Positions 33,946-44,325 of a DNA stretch of 48,676 bases are shown piece after piece. Made by a program: the position numbers and the translations under genes. A model generated the notes under the pieces. That model saw nothing but the letters and a program-made list of their open reading frames with translations, had not been told where the DNA came from and did not search any database. Origin of the DNA: Polymyxa betae A26-41 (taxonomy: Eukaryota > Protista > Endomyxa: Phytomyxea). The stretch lies in assembly GCA_003693705.1 (NCBI GenBank), contig RBZT01000842.1, positions 1-48,676 of the forward strand, given 5' to 3'. Positions within the stretch are counted from its first letter, which is position 1. Every line of letters begins with the position of its first letter.

Positions 33946-36525
33946 ATGAGCAACGATCAACTCGAACGCGCTCTTGTCCCAATATTTAACGGAACAAACT
34001 TCCAACAATGGCGTCATCGCATGGCCAACCTTCTCATCGAAAAGGACCTCGATGTGATAACTGGCATTGAATCTACATTAATGCCGACAGAGACTGCACC
34101 GACAATAACCGAGACACTGGCGAGGCAAGATCGCAAAGCTCGCGCGGCAATCCAGCATAGAGTGGATGACACAGTCTTAACAATCATTGAGAACTGCCCA
34201 ACCGCTCGTTCAACATGGCGTCTGCTTCACGCCACATTCCAAAGAACGACCACGGCAGCCATGGTCGCAGCCCTGAAAGATGCAGTCAGTGTCAAAAAGG
34301 GAAGCAATAACATGCAGACCTACATCGCAGATGTACAATGCAAATGCCGAACATTAGTTAACTCTGGCATGACCCTAGAATCTTTGCCTGTTGCCATACT
34401 ATTAGCAAACGTAAAAGACGAATATCCTGAAGTAATATTAGCATTAGATGTTCTTGACAAAGTCACGATCGAGAAAGCAGCTACCATGCTCCTAAACGCA
34501 GAAACTTCTCAACAATACACCATAAGCCCCCAACCAATCCCGGCATCCATAGCTCAAGAGTTGCAAGCGCTTCGTATGAATGTTGAGGGACTCAAACGTG
34601 ACAAAAATCAACATAAACATTTCCAAGGAAAGCCATGTTCTCTTCATGGTCCAGCATCGACGCATACAGATGAGCAGTGTCGTCAACAAAACGGAAATAA
34701 AGGACCGTTATCATTGTATTCTGTTTCTGCGCTGTCATTATCTGAAGAAAAAGATACGTGTTTTATCTTGATTCGGGCGTAGGACAACATATGGACTACA
34801 ATGGATCCGCCATGTCCAACTACGTTGAGAAAAAAGGCCCAAATGTCCAACTAGGAGACAACAGCTCCATTACTTCTGAAGGTTTTGGCACAAGCCATGT
34901 CGAACTGGGAGAGGTATCGGCGTCCTCAATAAAGTTCTTCACGTGAACGTGCTTGGAAAGAAATTAATCTCTGTTGGACAAAGCACAAGCTCTGGGGTCA
35001 AGTTCTGGTTCAATGGAGACACTTCTACAGTCTATGAGGACAAAGATTGTAAAGAGCCCACAGGAAATGTTCTCACTGTAGTCCACAAAACATCTGACAA
35101 TTTGTACTCAATTCACAGCGTTAGCCCTCAAACTGTTCCAGCGATTCCTGCAAATTTTGCACAACGAGGTACAACTGCGGATTGGGATACCTGGCATGAA
35201 CGTACTGGTCACCTGAACAACAAAGTCATGGAGCGATTATGCACCAGTCTCGCTAATGGAATGAATGTTAAAGGAAAGCACCAATCCTCCAGGAATGTTT
35301 GCGAGCCTTGCATACTTGCCAAGATGACCAGAGCCACTTTCTCCCCAAGCACGACGACGACAACAAGGCCAGGACAGCTCGTGTTCACCGATCTGGCTGG
35401 ACCATTTCGTGTCCCTGGGCTTGTGTCGTCAGCTCTCTATTTCGTCACTTACCTAGACCATTTCACTCGTATGCCCAAAGCTTAGCTCCTCAAAACGAAA
35501 TGTCAACAGCTTGAAGCATTAAAACTCTACAACAACGAGATGTTCAGTACAACTGGCAACAAAATTGCTAGTCTGGAATCATTACAGAGCGACAACGGAG
35601 GGGAATATCTTCCAAAGGCTTGCCAAGAATATTATCAGCAAGAAGGAATCCATCACCAAACCATTGTCGCCTACAATCCTGAATCGAACAATGCTCCCGA
35701 ACAGCTGAATCGCTCAATTCTGGACTTGCGGAAAGTCTTCGGATCAAGGCAAAATTAGGCCCCGAATTCTGGCCCTTCAGCGTGGGAACCGCCCTATATC
35801 TCCTGGCGCGTCGTCCTCATTCGGCGCTCCCCCATCACATGACGCCGTTTGAATCATGGACAGGACGGAAGCCAAGCATTGCCCATCTTCGCGTTTTCGG
35901 ATGCGATGCTTGGATTCATGTCCCACAACAGCTCCGTAGAAAACTCGATCCCCGAGCCAAGCGCGCCATATTTATTGGTTATGCTAATAATCAAAAGGCT
36001 TACAATCTCTTCGATCCAGTAACAGGCCGTATTTGATCGAGCCGAGATGCTGTCTTTGATGAAACATCGTTCACATTTAGAAAACCTGGTGCTGCTATCG
36101 AATCTCAACCTGCACCACATCTGTCCAATACCGATGGAGCCTACCCATACATTGCTGAAAACGTCGGTCCAGGCAATAAGATTGAATAATCACCAGAGCC
36201 CGAAAACCTCCCCTATGTCAATACACCGGACGAGGCCAGATACTATAGCTCTCAAGACGACGACAGCGAAACTCCCTACCAATCCGAACCTGTCACATCG
36301 CCCTGCACAAACGATGATGAAAATTCCATTTCTCATGTCGCCCTCGAAACCAATGCATTAGAACACATCGAGCGTCGACACTCTGTTCGCACCCGGCCAC
36401 CGATCGCCCGCTACATACCCGGTAAGAAGGCTCTAACCGCTCATCCATCTCAGGATCGTTACCCGAGACCGCATCTCGAAGGACTGTCAGCATCGGATAT
36501 TCCCATTCCCAGCTCCCTCAGGGCG
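33946..36525 (+). pseudogene. Copia gag, protease and integrase (5' half of the polyprotein)
   Basis: FNGTNFQQW (gag), FYLDSGVGQHM (protease), WHERTGHLN...CEPC, VFTDLAGP, LQSDNGGEY and KLDPRAKRAIFIGY (integrase); several frameshifts. Confidence 0.92.
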
Positions 36526-36722
36526 TGTGTCAATATTTGCAGAATATTTCCAGAAAAAGACCCTTATTTTATTATATATATAAACGGCCCTATATTCAGG
36601 ACGACTCCGCCACGGACTCAAATGGACTCCGTGACGGAATAACCGGACTGGAAATGGAAGCTCGAATACAGAATTCATTTTAGCCCCAAATCACCAAGAT
36701 CTGAACCCGTAGATCTGCTACA
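36526..36722 (+). repeat. Gypsy element 2 5' LTR
   Basis: Direct repeat of 41959-42155; contains a TATATATAAA box. Confidence 0.96.
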
Positions 36723-36743
36723 AAGACGTCTTATCTAGCAACG

Positions 36744-39700
36744 ATGACTGTGAGGATTACTGAAGAAGAATCGCAGAACCACGTGGACGACATGTCAGTC
36801 GAATACGAAGAAGATGATCACCGCAGTGATGCGGTGAATGAAGAAGCCGAAGATGAAACTGCGACAGATGAAGCCGGTGACGACAATGACGAGTCTTCCG
36901 AAGCATCAATGGGGACGGCGGAGGCCATCGCCAATGGTGCATTCTCCAATGCTGACATTGTTCGGCAGCAGAGCATGCACCGGGAAGATCCAGAAGAGGT
37001 AGCTGACCGTCGTGGTAACAGCTATCGTGGGGATGGGCAGCGCAGCGCGGCCTCTGGCGGCCTCGCCGTTCTGGAAACCAATCGGGCGCCGATCCTGAAG
37101 ATCCCCGACCGGAACCGTATGTTGAAGTTTCGGAAAGATCGAGAGCGCTACCTACGCGTTTTTCGAGAGGCTGAGTTCCGGGGAGTAACCCCACGCTCGT
37201 TGGTATGCTGCATTGAACCGTCGATGTTAAAGTTTATTTGTGAAAATTAGCTTGAAATATCAGTCGAAGATGTGACGGATCAGGATATCGAAGGTTGGAT
37301 GGACGGTTTTCTGGCCTCCGACCTTTCCAACGATGCGCTCATGGACAAGAAGCTGAAGGCCGTTAAGATGGACCCCCGCATCACACCTCCCAGTGGTCGA
37401 GTGATGGCTATGATGATCCGTTTCGATCAGATTGTCCAAGAAAACGGATGGGGTGACGTCTTCAAAGAAGAAGGGAAGAAGCGGAAGGTAAAATATTAAC
37501 TGAACGCTGTTGAACCTGTAGGTCTTAAGAAGATTATGGAGACCGCGGTAAAAAGAGCGCCGAAGCTGTGATCGCGGCCTCAGGCGTTCGGCATAATCCC
37601 TGAGATGAAGGCCAAGAGCCATGAGGAGACCGCAACAGCGCTGAAGGCGGTTAGCGAAAGGAAGACCACGGGAAAGAAGCGCTCCCGTGAACAACAGGTA
37701 ACTGTTAATCCGAAGAAACCCCAGAAGGAGAAGAAACCGAAGAGTAGAGAAATCGAAGAAAACTGTACGCTGGAATGTTTCAGCTGTCACAAAATTGGGC
37801 ATCCGGCCTTTCTGTGCCCAACCCATCCCTTGACTAAAGCGGAAATTCGCGCACTTTTGATGGAGAAAGAAAATAATTCAAGAAGAAACATTCAAAGTAT
37901 CCATTGGTATGCCGAATTGGGAGAAGGGTAGATGACAAACAAATAGATGTTAGGATCTGTGAAGGTTTATACGTACCAGTTATCCTAGATAGTGGCGCCA
38001 CGGCGGTGTCTCTAATACCAAAAATAAGAGCCGATCGTGCTATGAAAATTGACCCTACCATAGAGAAGATACAGCTCGCAGAGCCCGTGCGGTTACGTCT
38101 GGGAGATAATGTTACAGAGGTAGTCGTCACGGACGCCGTAACTCTAGACATTAGACTACGGACATGTGCGGGTGAAGTCGTATCACGCCGACGGAAGTGC
38201 CTGATATGGGATGTATCCAGTGACGAAATCATACTGGGGAGCGACCTGCTTGAAGAACTGGGAATAGAGCCAAAAACTGCGCTCGACGCACTGATTTGGC
38301 TGAAGAATGTCACAAACGAAGCTAATGGCACCCAGAGAACCGATGAAGAATCGCCAAACATTGATATCGAAGAAGGGAGTGACCAGGAAGAGGGCGCAGT
38401 AATTGGGTCCGTGGACCAAACGGAGGTGCGGTCCGAAACTGAAGCAATGCTGAAGAGAGCAGAAGAAAATGGTGTCCCCAAAGAATGGCGAAATAAACTG
38501 AAGAATATATTATACAAATTTGAAAAAGCATGGCAGGTGGAGTTAGGGCCAGAACCGCCAGCAAAGGTCACCCCTTTCGTGACTCAGCTGAAGCCCAATT
38601 CACAACCTTACAAATGCCCGGCAAGAAAATACAAACCAGAAGAAAGCGAATCCTACAGAAATTCGTAGAAGAATTGATGAAATATGGACGGGTCTATGAA
38701 AATCAAAATTCAAAGTGGGCCTCTCCTGTAGTTGTAGTGAAGAAAGGTGACGGTGGAAAAAGAATGTGCGTCGATCCGAGAGCAGTCAACGCGATCAGCT
38801 AGAGCACAGCGTGGCCTATGCCATTTTTAGAATCCATAGTCAACCATTTAGCGGGATCCAGGCACTGGTTCAAGCTGGATGCATTCAAAGGATTCTGGAT
38901 GATGCCGCTAGCAGAAGATTGTCAAGAAATGCTCTCATTTATGACAGATAATGGCGTGTATACGCCTAGAAGGTCAATTCAGGGCGCTTTAAATTCAGCG
39001 ATCCAGTTCCAGGCAAGAATGGCTGGAGTCTTTAAAAGCCTCCTTAATCAAGCCTTGATTATATGGATTGATGACCTGCTGGGACATGCGAAGACATTAG
39101 ATGACTGGTTCCAGTATCTTGAGAAGACATTACAATTGGCCGTAGAAAGTAACATAAAGTTTAACGTGAAGAAGTGTGAACTCTACAGTAGGTCGGCCAA
39201 ATTCTGTGGACGAATATTCTCTCCGGATGGCGTAACCTACGACCCGGAAAGGATTGAGACCCTGCTAGCAATACCGCAGCCCAAAACTGCGCGAGACCTG
39301 CAGCAATTTCTCATGGCTACTCAGTGGATGAGCCGATCGATTCCAGAATATAATAAGACAGTTTGATGCTTACAAGATATATTTGAAGAATCAATGAAGA
39401 ACCAGCCCGCACGAACAAAAAGCGTATCGAGACAAGTTCGCTTATCGAAGTATGGCTGGGGCCCGCAGCATGCGCTGGCTTTCGAGAAGCTGAAGACCGC
39501 GATCGCATATCGTACAAAGCTTTCATTCCCAAGAGATGATATGATTCAGTGTATGTTCACTGATGCGAATGAATATAATACATCTGGAATGGTTACACAA
39601 ATTCCGATTGAAGGTTCAGAAAACCCAATTGGACTACAGAGACATGAACCGCTAGGGTTCGTGGGACATCGGTTTAACGGGTCGGAACTAAACTGGACAG

Positions 39701-41565
39701 TTGCCGAAAAAGAAGGATTTGCCATAAAAGATACAATGCAAAAGCTTGATTATCTATTGCAATTGAAGAAACCATTTAAACTTTTCTGCGATCATAAAAA
39801 TTTGATACAGATTTTTTCTCTGCATCCGGTTTCGAAACCTACTGCGCAGAAATCGCAGAGATGGGCCCTAGAAATGCAGAGATTTCGTTACCAGATAGAG
39901 CATATCAAAGGCGAAGAAAATTATCGGGCTGACCTCATGACACGCTGGGGGGCCAGTACGACAAGAGAAGAAGTGGGCCTGTCCTCATAAGAAGAGCGAA
40001 AGTATTGAAGATCACAGACGAAGGGCGAGTACGACCCGTGCAGAGGCTTGATTTTGTATGGCCATCGATAGAAGAAATCAAAAAGGCGCAACAAGACTTT
40101 TTACAAGTCAAAAACCCTAATTACAATGGAGACGGGTTATTAGTTACGCATGATAAACAGAAGATTATAATTCCTAAAAAAGCTGAAAATTTGAAGATTA
40201 GGCTTTGTATAATTGCGCATTCAGGCGAAAACAGCGGCCACCTAGGCTATCAGGCTGCTACGCAGAAACTTTCGCAGTATTTTTACTGGCAAAACTGCGC
40301 AGAAGACATTCGCACTTTATGTAACTCGTGTTTACATTGCCTACCAACAAGAGGGGGGATACGTATTCCTAGGCCGCTAGGTACACAAATTCACGCATCC
40401 AAATGCAATAAAGTGATCCAGATGGACTGGATTTATGTATGGCCAACGAAGAAAAACGGGATTCATGAATATCAGTGGAACCTGATTTTGCGCGACGACC
40501 TTTCGGGCCTCGTGAAGATAACACCCGCAAAGATCCCTGATACAAAAGTCACGGTCGACGAACTGATGGAATGGCGCGCGTTGTTTGGGACCCCGGAGAT
40601 ATTGGTCTCAGACATGGCGTCGTATTTTGTGTCCGAAACCATGAAGAAATTTGCGCTGAAGTGTAATGTTACACAGCATCTCACTACAGCGTACGGGCAC
40701 TATAATAACGGAAGCATCGAAGTGGTGAATAAGTGCTATCTATCGCTGATGAGAGCACTGCTTTCCGAGTTACGTTGGGACAAGGAATACTGGCCCTGGT
40801 TGAATTCCAACGTTGAGCATACGTTGGATCATAGACAGCAGAGCCGACTCAACGGAAACGCTCCCATAACAGTGATGACTGGCTTACAGCCAGATAAACC
40901 CATTAGAAGAAATTTTCAAAAATCCAAAAATTCTTAATTTTATTAAAATAAGAATGTCGAAAGACCAGATTCAAAAACTGGTAGATGACCTTGAAAATGC
41001 GTAAGAAAAACTGCATAAAGAAGTAGAAGAAACGTCTCGGAAGCAACGGGATGCGAAGAAAAGGACCGCAAACAAATACCGAAGAGAGCCGAATTTCGGT
41101 ATCGGCGATTACGTGTTAGTTGGCATAGCGGAGCCCGCTAAAATGTCCGGAAGCAAACTTTTCTGAAAGTGGCGCGGCCCGTACCGAATAGTCGCTACAG
41201 AAGACCACTACATATTCGAAGTCGAAAACATCGTGGATTCGCGCAGAAAGTGGATTCAAGGAGACAAGATACGATTCTACGCAGATGACAAACTTAACGT
41301 TACCGAAGAGATAAAAAGTCAGTTTGCACATGATAACGAAAGTTATCAAGTTGAAGACCTTAAAGGATGCCGTCTGAATGCAGAAAGCAACCAGTTAGAA
41401 TTTTTAGTCGAATGGAGAGGTTTCTCACATGACGAAGACTCGTGGGAGCCACTTAAGACTCTATATGAAGATATTCCTGCGAAAGTAGAGAAATATATTA
41501 AAAAGTTAAAGTTAGAAGGCCACGAACTGGCAGAAGAAGAACCTGGGTTTCTGAAATCCAATTGA
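36744..41565 (+). pseudogene. Gypsy gag-pol polyprotein (gag, PR, RT, RH, INT, chromodomain)
   Basis: CFSCHKIGHPAFLC, ILDSGAT, WASPVVVVKK, KLDAFKGFW, IWIDDLL, FTDAN, HSGENSGHLG...CLHC, SDMASYF and EFLVEWRGFSHDEDSWEP motifs; multiple stops and frameshifts. Confidence 0.95.
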
Positions 41566-41958
41566 AAGTCAATAAATAAATTCATGCTGTTATCCCACTG
41601 GGTTTTAATGCGGATTATTTATGTAGACAAGTAAAGAATGGATCAATAGATGAGGTCCAGAAATAATTGAAGATTGACCAATTGTTACAAAAATAATTAT
41701 TTTTTTATATAGAGAAAGAAGAAAGATGATGAAGGCTAGCCCGAAGACAGACGGCAGACGACCGATGACTGTAGATTGAAGACAGATGACTGATGACAGT
41801 AGACAGACGACCAGAGGACGGAAGGCTGAAGACTAGATGATCGAAGACATGAATGAAAACAGACATTACGAAACCCTAAAACCCTAAACCCTAACTGTGA
41901 AATTTAGGTACTGTATAAGAACGATTCAAGAGCCAAACGAGTTTTTCGAAGAGGGGAG

Positions 41959-42155
41959 TGTGTCAATATTTCCAGAATATTTCCAGAAAAAGACCCTTAT
42001 TTTATTATATATATAAACGGCCCTATATTCAGGACGACTCCGCCACGGACTCAAATGGACTCCGTGACGAAATAACCGGACTGGAAATGGGAGCTGGAAT
42101 ACAGAATTCATTTTAGCCCCAAATCACGAAGATCTGAACCCGTAGATCTGCTACA
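41959..42155 (+). repeat. Gypsy element 2 3' LTR
   Basis: Direct repeat of 36526-36722, preceded by the PPT. Confidence 0.96.
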
Positions 42156-43700
42156 GGAGGCACTATCCTGTGAGTACGCTGGTTACTGGTTTGATGCCGC
42201 GAATCTGTATCTAGAGACACTACACAGATTCGGAACCTGGAAGCTGAGCGAGCTCCCAAACGACCGTAGTGCAATCAACTGCAAGTTAGTTTTTTCAGTC
42301 AAAGCAAACACAGATGGTAGCATTAGAAATTCAAGGCCCGCTTAGTGGCCAAAGGTTTCTCCCAACGGCCCGGCCTCGACTACACGGAAACCTATTCTCC
42401 TGTTGCCCACATTGCATCCTTTAGATCCATTCTCTCACTAGCAGCACAACATAATCTTTACCTCCGACAAGTTGACATCGTAGGTGCCTTCCTCAATGGT
42501 GTATTGGACGAAGAGCTGTACTTGAGACAGCCTGAAGGGTTCGTACAGCATGGGTCGGAGCATCTCGTTTACAAGCTTGTGAAGGCGCTCTAAGGGCTAA
42601 AGCAAGCAGGGCGTGTGTGGCACAAACGTTTACACGAATTCCTAATTACAAGTTGTGTCTCACCCAAACAAAGGCCGATCCATGTGTTTACATGAAGAGA
42701 AACGCCACAGACATCGTGATTCTGGCAATTCATGTTGATGACATGCTCATGGCCCACAACAACAAGAAGATCGCAAACGATATGATAGCAAAACTATCCT
42801 CTGAATTCGAAACCATTGACCTGGGGGCTCCATCACAACTCCTTGGAATGCGGATCACAAGAGAAGGCGAAACTGGACCAATAACTTTAGACCAAGAAAG
42901 ATATACTGTGAAAATACTTTCCCAATTCCAGATGCTGAACAGTAAAGCGACCTCAACGCCCCACCAGCCTAATGTACACCTATCACGCTCGATGTGCCCA
43001 AATTCGCCAACCGAAGAAGAAGAAATGAAGGCGAAACCCTTCAAGGATTTAATCGGTTCTCTATTGTGGCTATCACTGAATAGCCGTCCTGATATCGCCC
43101 AAGCCGTTGTTTCATTGTGTCGTTTCTCATCAAATCCTGGAAACCTACATTGGACGGCGGCTAAGTATGTGTTACGATATCTCAACGGCACCCGAAATTA
43201 TGGCATTACATATCGAAACGACACCAACCACCGCGAAGTTTTTGCATACTCAGACAGCGAATGGGCAAATTGCCGTGACACACGACGATCGACAACTGGT
43301 TATGTATCCATGCACGCTTTAGGTCCAATTGCTTGGAAGTCCAAGCTTCAAAAATCAGTCGGAACGTCGTCCGTGACAGCCGAGTATCAAGCCTTATGTG
43401 ATACCGCAAGAGAAAGTGCTTGGATTCGACAGCTGTTCAAGGAGGTCGGATTTTGCATGCGGCATCCAACCACTATCAAGGAAGATAATCAGGGTTCTAT
43501 TTCGATGACCCAAAATCGCAGGACTGATGCTCTCACGAAGCATATAGAACTCAAGTACCATTATACGAGAGACTTGGTGGAACAAAAGAAAATTCAAGTT
43601 ATCTACTGCGAAACCTCCAAAATGTTGGCCGATTTCTTAACCAAACCAATCAACACCCAGAATCTTATCAGGTGTCGTGAACTTCTTGGATTATCTCCCG
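42156..43700 (+). pseudogene. Copia RT-RNase H (3' half of the polyprotein)
   Basis: GTWKL, ARLVAKGFSQRPGLDYTETYSPV, QVDIVGAFLNG, IHVDDML, YSDSEWA, EDNQG, KHIELKYH and MLADFLTK motifs. Confidence 0.94.
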
Positions 43701-43716
43701 TTCGTTCGAGGGGGCG

Positions 43717-43848
43717 TGCTGGAACAGATCCTGAATTAGTAGAGCGCAGCCTTTCGTCACCTCCGTGACCGCGCAATAAAACACCTCACTTGCTCTAGTT
43801 CTCATATTCCGAGTCCTCACTCTCTCCCTCTCCCTGATAGAACTAAGA
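43717..43848 (+). repeat. Copia 3' LTR
   Basis: Direct repeat of 33763-33894. Confidence 0.95.
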
Positions 43849-44091
43849 TTATGAGCATAAGGTTCAGAAGGGAGACATGAAAAACCGGGCGAATTCGTAA
43901 ATCTTCAGGAAGAATGAGCTCGTAAGCTACTGGGTTAATCAAGCGTTTGAGAATAAAAGGTCCGAGTTTTCGTTCCGATAGTTTGCCACAGGGTCGTTTC
44001 GAAAGAAGATCTATGGTTTTAACAACACCGTTGGAGAGAATCATGATAGAATAATAATCTATATTCACCCAGGTTACGCTAGATTGTATCA
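43849..44091 (-). pseudogene. Integrase C-terminal fragment of a different gypsy lineage; target of the copia and gypsy-3 insertions
   Basis: KRPCGKLSERKLGPF...PVAYELILPEDLRIRPVFHVSLL (GPF motif); it continues across the copia TSD into 33713-33762 as EPYAHNIIKYRQ. Confidence 0.8.
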
Positions 44092-44306
44092 TGTGAAGCA
44101 AATTATTACTTTATTACAAGAAAATACAAGAATAGTTGGCAAGTTTCCAAGCTACAACGAGGCTGCGCTAAGAATCGCCCAAGGAGTCCTGCGGACACCG
44201 GGACGGTCTTTGGGGCCTGGACGTTTCCATGACTGAAATACAGATTTATTCTAGATTTTGCCTTCGTCTTTGCGTGTCAAATTCGTAGACTTTTACGATG
44301 ACTACA
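44092..44306 (+). repeat. Putative 5' LTR of gypsy element 3 (215 bp)
   Basis: Starts TGTG where the flanking integrase homology ends, ends CTACA like the element 2 LTR, shares an AATACAGA motif, and lies 19 nt before the gag ATG. No second copy is available to confirm it. Confidence 0.7.
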
Positions 44307-44325
44307 AAGAATTCTTCCTATCAGG

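Larger units (their letters stand above)
36526..42155 (+). mobile_element. Full-length Ty3/gypsy chromovirus-like element 2 (5630 bp)
   Basis: 197-bp LTR pair TG...CA with 5 differences by eye; PPT GAAGAGGGGAG (41948-41958); 4-bp TSD GGCG/GGAG (one mismatch); removing it restores the copia frame PSSLR-EALS. Confidence 0.97.
33763..43848 (+). mobile_element. Full-length Ty1/copia LTR retrotransposon carrying a nested gypsy element
   Basis: 132-bp LTR pair with 5 differences by eye; 5-bp TSD TTATG (33758-33762 and 43849-43853); PPT GAGGGGGCG (43708-43716); gag-PR-INT-RT-RH order. Confidence 0.97.

Noticed and set aside
37860-37935. Programmed gag-pol frameshift in gypsy element 2
   Set aside because: Element 3 reads through the same point in one frame (NKFKKYSNYAMVCRIG) and element 2 has FKKKHSKYPLVCRIG after a 1-nt slip, so this looks like decay of a single ORF.
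37260-38571. Long antisense ORFs (37260-37826, 37834-38571; likewise 42730-43191 and 45462-46058)
   Set aside because: They are shadows of gag-pol on the opposite strand with no recognisable motifs.
33763-43848. RIP (repeat-induced point mutation)
   Set aside because: Many stops are C>T or G>A changes, but half of the ten LTR-pair differences are transversions, indels are frequent and the DNA is not strongly AT-shifted; ordinary decay is sufficient.
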